Source of the DNA: Verrucomicrobiota bacterium
GTDB taxonomy: Bacteria; Verrucomicrobiota; Verrucomicrobiia; Limisphaerales; CANJXF01
Assembly: GCA_038214755.1 (NCBI GenBank)
Contig: JBBQRQ010000099.1
Span: forward strand, 1 to 19,142
Direction: 5' to 3'
Length of the DNA stretch: 19,142 bases
The notes beneath the pieces were generated by a model, which did no database searches, had not been told where the DNA came from, and was given only the letters and a program-made list of their open reading frames with translations. The stretch's first letter is position 1. Every line of letters begins with the position of its first letter. This document shows positions 9,361 to 16,443 of this stretch, piece by piece. Position numbers and translations under genes: made by a program.

Positions 9361-9532
9361 AAGACTGTCTCAAAACTTCAAGAGTCGCGACGATTTGCTC
9401 CCTCTCATCCATCGGATGGAGGAGAGGGCTGGGGAGAGGAGGCTTGTTTTGTCCAGAATTCCCCTCTCCTCGGTCCTCTCCCCATTCGTTCCTCATGGGG
9501 AGAGGAAGAAAACAAAGTTTTGAGACAGTCTC
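9361..9532. mobile_element. MITE (non-autonomous, ~172 bp) with 17-bp perfect TIRs and a 5-7 bp target duplication
   Basis: AGACTGTCTCAAAACTT (9362-9378) / AAGTTTTGAGACAGTCT (9515-9531). (TC)ACTCC is duplicated at 9354-9360 and 9531-9537. Ends resemble IS5/IS1182-type termini (inference). Confidence 0.82.
9400..9505. repeat. CCCTCTC...GAGAGGG palindromic repeat doublet inside the MITE
   Basis: Hairpins CCCTCTC..GGAGAGGG (9400-9428) and CCTCTCCCCAT..ATGGGGAGAGG (9475-9505), with GGGGAGAGG/CCCCTCTCC between them. Confidence 0.78.
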
Positions 9533-9629
9533 ACTCCGTGCGCGCCGTCCTCGTCTTGCAAACCAGCGGCGCGCACGGAGTGACGCGCCCTACCAATTCG
9601 TGTTCATTCGTGTCTATTCGTGGTTGAAA

Positions 9630-10304
9630 ATGAGTGCCATCGACTTAGCCCAAAAACTTCAGGCGAAATTCGGCGAATTGGTTTCTGCGCCAACGGAATT
9701 TCGCGGGGAAATCTCGATCACGATTTCCGATGCGGAAAAGATCGCGGACGTTTGCGCGTCCGCGAAAAAAGAACTCGGCTTTGATTATCTGGTCGATTTG
9801 AGCAGCGTGGATAATTACGGCGACGATCCGCGTTGGACGTTGGTTTACGAACTTTACGGCTACGGACATCGCGCGCATTTGCGTCTGAAAACCAGCGTCA
9901 GCGAGGAGAAATCCGAGTTGCCGACGATCAGCAATGTCTGGCGCACCGCCGATTGGCACGAGCGCGAAATTTACGACATGATGGGCATTCGTTTTCGCGG
10001 TCATCCTGATCTGCGCCGCATTTTGATGTGGGACGGCTATCCTTATTTTCCGTTGCGCAAAGATTTTCCGCTCGCCGGCAAACCGAGCGAAATGCCCGAC
10101 GTCGCTTTCACCAACAAAGCTCCGATGGAAGGCGGGCCATGGGTGACGATTGCAGGGGGCAAGGACACCATTGCTCGCGAGCCGCGCGTTCGCATTCCCG
10201 GAACCGACGCTTTGGAAACAACGAATCGCGTCGAACGCCGCACGGACATCAAAGATTTGCACGGCCATTCGCATGGGCCGGGACCGATTGAGAAGAAATC
10301 ATGA
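9630..10304 (+). CDS. nuoC: NADH-quinone oxidoreductase subunit C
   Basis: FRGEI, FDYLVDLSSVD, ADWHEREIYDMMGIRFRGHPDLRRILM, FPLRKDFP. True start is MSAIDL at 9630; the ORF-track extension is repeat-derived. Confidence 0.97.
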   Translation: MSAIDLAQKLQAKFGELVSAPTEFRGEISITISDAEKIADVCASAKKELGFDYLVDLSSVDNYGDDPRWTLVYELYGYGHRAHLRLKTSVSEEKSELPTISNVWRTADWHEREIYDMMGIRFRGHPDLRRILMWDGYPYFPLRKDFPLAGKPSEMPDVAFTNKAPMEGGPWVTIAGGKDTIAREPRVRIPGTDALETTNRVERRTDIKDLHGHSHGPGPIEKKS

Positions 10305-10429
10305 AGCTTGAAATCAAAGCGATTTGGGATGGAAAAGTTTTTATTCCGCTAGAGCCGGTGAACTTGAAACCGGGCACGAAAGTTAAATTGACTGTTACAA
10401 CTTTGCCAAAGCCAAAAAAAACGAAATGA
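10301..10429 (+). CDS. AF2212/DUF104-like antitoxin family protein, 42 aa
   Basis: Hand translation MKLEIKAIWDGKVFIPLEPVNLKPGTKVKLTVTTLPKPKKTK fits the IxAIYxxGVFxPLEPVxLxEGxxVxI pattern. ATGA overlaps at both ends. Confidence 0.78.
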   Translation: MKLEIKAIWDGKVFIPLEPVNLKPGTKVKLTVTTLPKPKKTK

Positions 10430-10746
10430 AAGAGATCAACGAAACTTTGCTGCAAACCGTCACGCAACGGCTGGTCGCTGAATTTCAACCTGAGCAAATC
10501 TGGCTTTACGGTTCACACGCATGGGGCAATCCCCACGACGACAGTGACGTCGATCTTTTTGTCGTTGTGCCAGAGAGCGAGGAGACGCCGATCTCCCGTT
10601 CGCAACGCGCGCATCGTTGCCTGCGCGGTTTGCGGATGCCGAAGGACGTATTGGTCGAAACCCGAAGTGAAGTGAATCGCGTTAAAGAATCTAAAACATC
10701 TCTGGAAAACACGATTTTAAGTCGCGGCAGGAGGTTATATGGGTGA
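10426..10746 (+). CDS. Minimal nucleotidyltransferase (MNT) domain protein, putative antitoxin
   Basis: IWLYGSHAWGNPHDDSDVDLFVV (GS-x10-DxD), 106 aa, directly upstream of a HEPN gene. Confidence 0.92.
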   Translation: MKEINETLLQTVTQRLVAEFQPEQIWLYGSHAWGNPHDDSDVDLFVVVPESEETPISRSQRAHRCLRGLRMPKDVLVETRSEVNRVKESKTSLENTILSRGRRLYG

Positions 10747-11164
10747 CGCGCCAATTTCCGATGAAAAAGCGTGGGTGACCAAGGCTTGGCGTGATTTGGA
10801 AACCGCGCGGCGTTCTGCGAATGGCGAACCGCCATTCTATGATATTGCCGTTTATCATTGTCAGCAGGCTGCGGAAAAAGCGGTGAAAGCTTTTCTCGTT
10901 TTTCACGACAAATCCTACGAGAAAACTCACGACATTGAAGTGCTGGTTGATATTGCCTGTGAGATTGATTCCAGTTTTAGAAATCTTTCAGAGGCTGCCG
11001 ACGTTTTGACTCCCTATGCGACAAGGTTTCGATATCCCAACGCGACATTTGCCATTGAGCCGACGCCGTCCGAATACAACGAAGCGTTGAAACACGCTGA
11101 GGCTATTTATTCTTTTGTGTTGAATCTGCTGCCGTCAGACATGCGACCTGACGAAGAGAAATAA
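10739..11164 (+). CDS. HEPN domain protein (COG2250-like), partner of MNT
   Basis: WVTKAWRDL, YHCQQAAEKAVKAFL, KTHDI, YATRFRYP. Confidence 0.92.
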   Translation: MGDAPISDEKAWVTKAWRDLETARRSANGEPPFYDIAVYHCQQAAEKAVKAFLVFHDKSYEKTHDIEVLVDIACEIDSSFRNLSEAADVLTPYATRFRYPNATFAIEPTPSEYNEALKHAEAIYSFVLNLLPSDMRPDEEK

Positions 11165-11168
11165 TTAA

Positions 11169-12452
11169 ATGGCAACCACTGAAGAAATTCAATTTCGAGA
11201 TCCCGCAACGCGTGTTGCGGCAGCGCAACCGATTTACTCTGCTCCGGTCACGTCGCCCAACCTGGATTTGCCCGACATGCAGACCGAGAAAATGGTTCTG
11301 AACATGGGGCCGTCGCATCCGGCGACTCATGGCGTGTTGCGCATTGTTCTCGAACTTGACGGCGAAATTATCACGAAGGCGATTCCCGACGTCGGTTATC
11401 TCCATCGCGGCGACGAAAAAATCGCCGAGAACATGACTTACACCCAGTTCATTCCTTATACGGATCGGCTGGATTATCTCGCGCCTCTCGCCAACAACGT
11501 CGCCTACGCGCTCGCCGTGGAAAAGTTGATGGGCATCGACCAACAACTTCCGCCGCGCTGCCAATATATCCGCGTGATTTGCTGCGAACTCGCCCGCATT
11601 TCCGCGCACTTGCTCGGTCTCGGTGCGTTCGCGATGGATGTCGGCGCGCTCACTGTTTTTCTTCACACGTTCACCGAGCGCGAAAAAATTTATAATCTTA
11701 TCGAAGCGCTGACCGGCGCGCGTTTCACCACGACTTACACGCGCATCGGCGGACTTGCGCGCGATTTGCCGCCGGGTTGGATTGAGCAATGCCGAAAATT
11801 TCTCGACGAAGTTGTCGTCAACTTTGATGAATCGGAAAAATTGCTCACGCGCAATCGCATTTTCGTTGATCGCACGCGCGATATTGGCGTGATTTCCAAG
11901 GAAGACGCGATCGATTTCGGATTGACCGGCCCGAATCTGCGCGGCTGCGGCGTCGATTACGATTTGCGCAAAGCGCATCCGTATCTTTGCTACGCCGATT
12001 TGGATTTTGAAATTCCGGTCGGCTCAGTCGGCGATTGCTACGATCGCTATCTCGTGCGCATGGAAGAAATGCGCCAGAGCGTTTGCATCCTGCGCCAATG
12101 CCTCGACAAACTTCCCGACGGCCCAATCAACGTTGCCGATGGCAAAATTGTTTTGCCGAAAAAAGATAAAGTCCTGACGAGCATGGAAGAATTGATTCAT
12201 CAATTCATTCTCGTCACGCAAGGCGTCAATGCACCGGTTGGTGAAATTTATTTCGGCGCAGAAAATCCGAAAGGAGAACTTGGCTTTTACATCAACAGCA
12301 AAGGTGGCGGCACGCCGAACCGAATGAAAATCCGCGCGCCATCGTTCGTGAACCTGAGCATTTTATCGCACCTGCTGCCGGGCCACATGATGAGCGACAC
12401 GGTGGCGATTCTGGGTTCGCTCGATTTCGTGATGGGAGAATGTGATCGGTAA
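11169..12452 (+). CDS. nuoD: NADH-quinone oxidoreductase subunit D
   Basis: LNMGPSHPATHGVLR, GYLHRGDEK, YTDRLDY, ENPKGELG, KIRAPSF, DFVMGECDR. Confidence 0.98.
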   Translation: MATTEEIQFRDPATRVAAAQPIYSAPVTSPNLDLPDMQTEKMVLNMGPSHPATHGVLRIVLELDGEIITKAIPDVGYLHRGDEKIAENMTYTQFIPYTDRLDYLAPLANNVAYALAVEKLMGIDQQLPPRCQYIRVICCELARISAHLLGLGAFAMDVGALTVFLHTFTEREKIYNLIEALTGARFTTTYTRIGGLARDLPPGWIEQCRKFLDEVVVNFDESEKLLTRNRIFVDRTRDIGVISKEDAIDFGLTGPNLRGCGVDYDLRKAHPYLCYADLDFEIPVGSVGDCYDRYLVRMEEMRQSVCILRQCLDKLPDGPINVADGKIVLPKKDKVLTSMEELIHQFILVTQGVNAPVGEIYFGAENPKGELGFYINSKGGGTPNRMKIRAPSFVNLSILSHLLPGHMMSDTVAILGSLDFVMGECDR

Positions 12453-12459
12453 ATAAAGT

Positions 12460-12765
12460 ATGCCGAAACTTTATGAGTATTTTGGATTGGTGGTGTTTTT
12501 CTATACGAATGAACACGAGCCGATTCATGTGCATGGCGAGTTTCAAGGCGGACATGCGAGAGCGGAAATTTTTTTGAAAGACGGCAAGATTTTGCGGATC
12601 GTATTCTCGAACGTCAGCGGAAAGCGGCCACTTGGCGGGAACAAGATGAAGGATTTCCGAACCTTGGTTCATGCGAAGTCGGATGACATCGTCCGGCGTT
12701 GGATTGAATATTTTGTGTTCAAGAAACACAACAAACCGGAAATCATCACCCGGAAATTGAAATGA
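12460..12765 (+). CDS. DUF4160 family protein, putative TA toxin
   Basis: MPKLYEYFGLVVFFYTNEHEPIHVH N-terminal signature; paired with a DUF2442-like gene. Confidence 0.88.
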   Translation: MPKLYEYFGLVVFFYTNEHEPIHVHGEFQGGHARAEIFLKDGKILRIVFSNVSGKRPLGGNKMKDFRTLVHAKSDDIVRRWIEYFVFKKHNKPEIITRKLK

Positions 12766-13022
12766 AAACGCAAACAACAATCTATCTGGAAATCACGGAG
12801 GCGAAATATGTCTCCGGTTACAAAATCCGCCTGACCTTCAACGACGGAATGGTTCATCTCATGGATTTCGAGCCGTTTTTGCGAAAGGCCATGAATCCCG
12901 ACATCACGAAGTATCGGCAGCTTCGGAATTTCAAAAAGTTTCATCTGCATTACGGCGATCTGATGTGGGGCAATTTTGAAATGATTTTTCCCACCTCAGA
13001 TTTGTATCGCGGAGAAATTTGA
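12762..13022 (+). CDS. DUF2442 family protein, putative antitoxin
   Basis: ITEAKYVSGYKIRLTFNDG, DFEPFL, GDLMW, DLY; ATGA overlap with the DUF4160 gene. Confidence 0.86.
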   Translation: MKTQTTIYLEITEAKYVSGYKIRLTFNDGMVHLMDFEPFLRKAMNPDITKYRQLRNFKKFHLHYGDLMWGNFEMIFPTSDLYRGEI

Positions 13023-13067
13023 TTTTGCTGCGCAACTTTGGATTAAAACTAAAAAAAGGAAAATTAT

Positions 13068-13430
13068 ATGCCTGATCAAATTGTTTGGTGTGACATTCCA
13101 GTGAAAGACCTCGACCGCGCGATCAAATTCTACAGCGCGGTTTTCGGTGTGAACGTAGAGAAACAATCCTTCGGCGACATGAACATGGGCGTCTTGCCGC
13201 ACGCGGGAGAAAACGTGAGCGGATGTCTCGTGGTAACGAAAGAGGCAAGGCCTTCCGCTGATGGCCCGCTGATTTATTTGAATTGCGAAGGTCGTCTCGA
13301 TGCTGCGGAAGCCGCCGTCGAAAAGAACGGCGGAAAAGTTTTGCAATCAAAACATCAGATCGGGCCGTACGGATTTCGCGCGGTGGTTGTGGACAGCGAA
13401 GGCAATCGTGTCGCGCTGCACTCGAAATAA
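13068..13430 (+). CDS. VOC family protein (glyoxalase/bleomycin resistance)
   Basis: VWCDIPVKDLDRAIKFYSAVFG, GGKVL, GFRAVVVDSEGNRVALH. Confidence 0.93.
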   Translation: MPDQIVWCDIPVKDLDRAIKFYSAVFGVNVEKQSFGDMNMGVLPHAGENVSGCLVVTKEARPSADGPLIYLNCEGRLDAAEAAVEKNGGKVLQSKHQIGPYGFRAVVVDSEGNRVALHSK

Positions 13431-13432
13431 TT

Positions 13433-13675
13433 ATGAAACCCGTTGCTGAGATGACATCTGATGAAAAAGCGCGAGCAATGATCTGTATCAATGCCTGGAA
13501 ACGCGCTGGCCCCGAATTGGAAAAGATGCGACGCGACGACATACGCCGCGCAGATACAGCCAGTTCAATTCCTGCCTTTGACGGATTGTTCGAGAATGCC
13601 GTGCGAAATTTTCCTCCCAAGCCCACCTCGGGACTGGTGCAGCAACAACATTTCTTCCTGCGGGCAAAAAAATGA
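13433..13675 (+). CDS. Small helical protein, 80 aa, putative antitoxin/partner of the downstream nucleotidyltransferase
   Basis: ATG 2 nt after the VOC stop. WKRAGPELEKMRR and SGLVQQQ..F segments; ATGA overlap with the next gene. Confidence 0.72.
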   Translation: MKPVAEMTSDEKARAMICINAWKRAGPELEKMRRDDIRRADTASSIPAFDGLFENAVRNFPPKPTSGLVQQQHFFLRAKK

Positions 13676-14244
13676 CACGGCTTGTAAAACTGGCGGCGGA
13701 GATACAGCAGCTTCTCGATACGGAAGGATGGAAGAATTGTTTAATCGGCGGTTTGGTGCTGCAGAGATGGGGCGAACCGCGATTAACGAAAGACGTGGAT
13801 TTGACGGTGTTGACGGGTTTTGGCGGAGAGGAAGAAGTGGTGGATTTATTGATGGCGCGTTATTCGGGCCGACGACCCGACGCGCGCGATTTTGCGTTAA
13901 TAAATCGAGTGTTGTTAATCCAGTCATCCGATGGCGTTGGGATAGATGTGGCGCTTGGGGCATTGGATTTTGAAGAACGGGTGATGGAACGAGCGAGCGG
14001 CTTTGACTTTTTGCCGGATTGCAGAATGCGGACGTGTTCAGCGGAAGATTTTGTGGTGATGAAAGCATTTGCCAATCGTGACCGCGATTGGCTGGACGTG
14101 GAAACCGTGTTGATTCGGCAAGAGAACACATTGGAATGGAAACAGATTATCAGAGAATTAAAGCCGCTCTGCCTGTTGAAAGAATCGCCGGACATCGTGC
14201 CACGCCTTGAGAAATTGCGTTTGAAAATTATTGACCAGGATTGA
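13672..14244 (+). CDS. Nucleotidyltransferase-superfamily protein (AbiEii/DUF6036-like putative toxin)
   Basis: LIGGLVLQRWGEPRLTKDVDL (GG..R.T.DxD), SAEDFVVMKAFANRDRDWLDV. Confidence 0.85.
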   Translation: MTRLVKLAAEIQQLLDTEGWKNCLIGGLVLQRWGEPRLTKDVDLTVLTGFGGEEEVVDLLMARYSGRRPDARDFALINRVLLIQSSDGVGIDVALGALDFEERVMERASGFDFLPDCRMRTCSAEDFVVMKAFANRDRDWLDVETVLIRQENTLEWKQIIRELKPLCLLKESPDIVPRLEKLRLKIIDQD

Positions 14245-14245
14245 A

Positions 14246-14731
14246 ATGAGTTTCGTTGTTCCAGCCGAATTAGAAACCGAGTTGAACGAACTCGTGACGC
14301 ATTATCCGCAAAAGCGGAGCGCATCGCTGATGTTCCTGCACGCGATTCAGGAACATTTCGGCTACATCTCAAAAGACGCGATGGAGTGGACGGCGGCGAA
14401 ACTCGAATTGCAGCCGATCAATATTTACGAGTTGGTCACGTTTTATCCGATGTTCCGTCAGGAACCGGCGGGCAAATATCAAATCAAAGTTTGTCGCACC
14501 TTGAGTTGCGCGTTGGCTGGCTCTGGGAAATTGCACAAACATTTTTGCGAGAAATTTGGATTGGATTCCCACGCGCACGGCGTGCAAACGGGCAAAGACG
14601 GAAAATTCTCCGTCGAATTTGTCGAATGTCTGGCGAGTTGCGGCACCGGCCCGGTGATGATGTGCAACGAAGATTTTTACGAAGCAGTTACGGATCAGCA
14701 GGCGGATGAAGTTGTGGAGAAATGTAAATGA
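14246..14731 (+). CDS. nuoE: NADH-quinone oxidoreductase subunit E
   Basis: YPQKRSA, VTFYPMF, VCRTLSC and VECLASCG (2Fe-2S N1a ligands). Start taken at MSFVVP (14246). Confidence 0.97.
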   Translation: MSFVVPAELETELNELVTHYPQKRSASLMFLHAIQEHFGYISKDAMEWTAAKLELQPINIYELVTFYPMFRQEPAGKYQIKVCRTLSCALAGSGKLHKHFCEKFGLDSHAHGVQTGKDGKFSVEFVECLASCGTGPVMMCNEDFYEAVTDQQADEVVEKCK

Positions 14732-15204
14732 AGAAGCCTGCGCTATATCTTGAAACGTCGGTCGTCAGTTATCTGGTGGCGCGCCCTGCTCCAGATTTGA
14801 ACACCGCCGCGCACCAGCAAATAACGGTCGAATGGTGGGACACCAAACGAAAGAACTTCGATATTTACATTTCGAAAGTGGTGTGGAACGAGGCCGCGTC
14901 AGGCGACAAGGAAGCAGCGGAACGCCGACTCAAAATTTTGAAACCGCTACGAATGCTGCCCTTGAATCGCGAAGTTTTCTCGTTGGCCCGATCTTTTGGC
15001 GCGGCGGGTTGTGTTCCCCTCAAGGCAGCGGATGACGCCATTCACATTGCCTTGGCGGCGGTGCATCGCATTCACTTTCTGTTGACCTGGAATTGCACGC
15101 ACATCAACAACGTGGCGACGATTGAAGAAATCAGGAAGGTTTGCGAGAGTCACGGTTACAATTGCCCGGTCATTTGCACGCCGGACGAATTGATCCGAAT
15201 TTGA
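14728..15204 (+). CDS. PIN-domain (VapC-like) toxin
   Basis: LYLETSVVSYL, ISKVVWNEA..GD, DAIHIALA, LLTWNCTHINN, PVICTPDEL. Confidence 0.92.
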   Translation: MKKPALYLETSVVSYLVARPAPDLNTAAHQQITVEWWDTKRKNFDIYISKVVWNEAASGDKEAAERRLKILKPLRMLPLNREVFSLARSFGAAGCVPLKAADDAIHIALAAVHRIHFLLTWNCTHINNVATIEEIRKVCESHGYNCPVICTPDELIRI

Positions 15205-15207
15205 ATT

Positions 15208-15384
15208 ATGAAAGATCCAATTGTTCAGGAAATTCGAAAAATCCGCGACACGCACGCCGCGAAATTTAATCACAACTTTGACGCCATCGCAGAGGATTGG
15301 TTGAAAGAACAGGCCGCCGCAAAGCGCGCCGGACAGAAATTCGTGGATTTATCTACGAAGGCGAATGCAAATCGGAAATCGTAA
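15208..15384 (+). CDS. Small protein, 58 aa, putative downstream antitoxin of the PIN toxin
   Basis: Hand translation MKDPIVQEIRKIRDTHAAKFNHNFDAIAEDWLKEQ...; DPIVxEIRxIR-type N-terminus; starts 3 nt after the PIN stop. Confidence 0.78.
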   Translation: MKDPIVQEIRKIRDTHAAKFNHNFDAIAEDWLKEQAAAKRAGQKFVDLSTKANANRKS

Positions 15385-15398
15385 ATGAAGAATTTGGT

Positions 15399-15472
15399 TG
15401 ATGTGCCACGAAGATTTTTACGAAGCGGTTTCGAATGAGAAGGCGGAGGAGATTGTGGACAGTTGCAAATGA
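15399..15472 (+). pseudogene. nuoE: Diverged duplicate of the last 74 bp of nuoE
   Basis: 61/74 nt identical (hand count, no gaps) to 14658-14731. Encodes MCHEDFYEAVSNEKAEEIVDSCK* versus MCNEDFYEAVTDQQADEVVEKCK*. Confidence 0.92.
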
Positions 15473-15907
15473 AATTTCCGCTTAATCCGCTGAACTTGTT
15501 GCAGGAGTCGGCAATTCGCGTGGCATTAAGTGAAGCGTGGAAAGAATCAAAGCCCGCCTCAACAGGCGGTCACGAAGAAGGCGGCTTTATCGTTTTGGGC
15601 CATGAGGGAAAGGTCAGTGTGCGGGCCTTGGCGGAAAGGCGAAGGAAATTTGATTCGAGGGCCAGAACACGCCGAATGCGCGGTGGGAGGATGGGCGATT
15701 GTTGCCACATTTCACACTCATCCGAATATCGGGATGGATTTTTTGCAAGAACCGAGTGAGACGGACAAGCGTGGCGTGCGAGAGGATGCGAATTTGAAAG
15801 GCGCGCTTTATATCGGCGAGTTTGTGATTGCGAATGAGACAATTTATTTAATTACGCCCAGCGGCACGATTCGCGAAATCGGCACGCGCGCTGAACTGCT
15901 TCGCTGA
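15469..15907 (+). pseudogene. JAB/MPN-like (Tox-JAB/DUF4329-like) gene split by a +1 frameshift
   Basis: One frame gives MKFP...HEEGGFIV...VR and the next gives PWRKGE...VATFHTHPN...PSETD. Removing one G from GGG at 15623-15625 yields one ORF with the E...HxH...S..D motif. Confidence 0.75.
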
Positions 15908-15917
15908 GAGAAAATCT

Positions 15918-16184
15918 ATGGACATGACATTGACCAAAGAAGATCTGACTGACGAATTCGTCGTCTCATTGGCGCACATTCTCGCCATAGCCAATCGCCG
16001 CGCGCGACAACTGGGCTGCGATGTTTCGCAAAGCCGTGTCACCATTTCGCAGCATTTTGAGGGCGACTCTTTTTGGCGGATCAATTATGGCGCAAAAAAT
16101 CCGATTGCCCAACGTGGCGGGGATTTGATCGTCGAGGTGAACGCGGAAAATGCGGAAGTGAAACGTGTCTTGCGAGGACAATGA
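15918..16184 (+). CDS. Hypothetical protein, possible NTF2-fold immunity protein
   Basis: 88 aa, intact. C-terminal WRINYG...RGGDLIVEVNAENAEVKRVLRGQ; lies directly downstream of the JAB-like gene. Confidence 0.65.
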   Translation: MDMTLTKEDLTDEFVVSLAHILAIANRRARQLGCDVSQSRVTISQHFEGDSFWRINYGAKNPIAQRGGDLIVEVNAENAEVKRVLRGQ

Positions 16185-16201
16185 GCCAAGGCCAATGCGA
16201 C

Positions 16202-16232
16202 TCGTAAATCGTAAATCAAAAATCGTAAATCG
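16202..16232. repeat. Heptamer tandem repeat (TCGTAAA)n, about 4.4 copies
   Basis: TCGTAAA TCGTAAA TCAAAAA TCGTAAA TCG; a shorter relative occurs at 15369-15386. Confidence 0.8.
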
Positions 16233-16236
16233 AATT

Positions 16237-16310
16237 TGGCTGCCCGACATGGATTTGAACCATGACAAACAGATTCAGAGTCTGTTGTGCTACCGTTACA
16301 CCATCGGGCA
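16237..16310 (-). tRNA. tRNA-Gln(CTG), CCA encoded
   Basis: TGCCCGA/TCGGGCA acceptor stem, G73, CCA; anticodon arm ACAGA-CTCTGAA-TCTGT; T arm CATGG-TTCAAAT-CCATG; 74 nt. Confidence 0.97.
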
Positions 16311-16325
16311 GACCGGAGCGGGTCA

Positions 16326-16353
16326 AAGGTAAAAGATTGGTTTTGAGAGTCAA
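16326..16353 (-). promoter_or_regulatory. Candidate sigma70 promoter of tRNA-Gln
   Basis: Minus strand TTGACT (16353-16348), 16 nt, TACCTT (16331-16326), 15 nt upstream of the tRNA 5' end. Confidence 0.55.
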
Positions 16354-16443
16354 GTTTAGTGCTGGTAGCTGCGTCTCGTGAGAGCGCGGACTGACTGAAA
16401 ATAAAAGCCGCGTTGTCACCCACGCAGCCACATTGAAAATAAA

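Larger units (their letters stand above)
9343..9594. repeat. GTAG-family REP doublet with its left arm split by an insertion
   Basis: Right arm CGGCGCGCACGGAGTGACGCGCCCTACC (9567-9594). Left arm reconstitutes as GGTAGGTCGCGTCACTCC (9343-9360) + GTGCGCGCCG (9538-9547). Confidence 0.88.
9302..9625. repeat. Composite nested repeat; outer layer is inverted arms of 3 x 10-bp (..CACGAAT) units
   Basis: AACCACGAATGAACACGAATTCACACGAAT (9302-9331) versus ATTCGTGTTCATTCGTGTCTATTCGTGGTT (9596-9625). Confidence 0.9.

Noticed and set aside
9302..9625. CRISPR array
   Set aside because: The repeats are inverted and nested, not direct repeats separated by unique constant-length spacers. No cas genes.
9444..9629. 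62-aa N-terminal extension of NuoC in the ORF track
   Set aside because: It translates through the nested repeat; NuoC-like sequence begins at ATG 9630.
14658..16310. tRNA-integrated prophage or ICE with attL/attR
   Set aside because: Only about 11 nt around the tRNA 3' end is echoed (15390-15400), no integrase is present, and the main duplicated segment is nuoE coding sequence.
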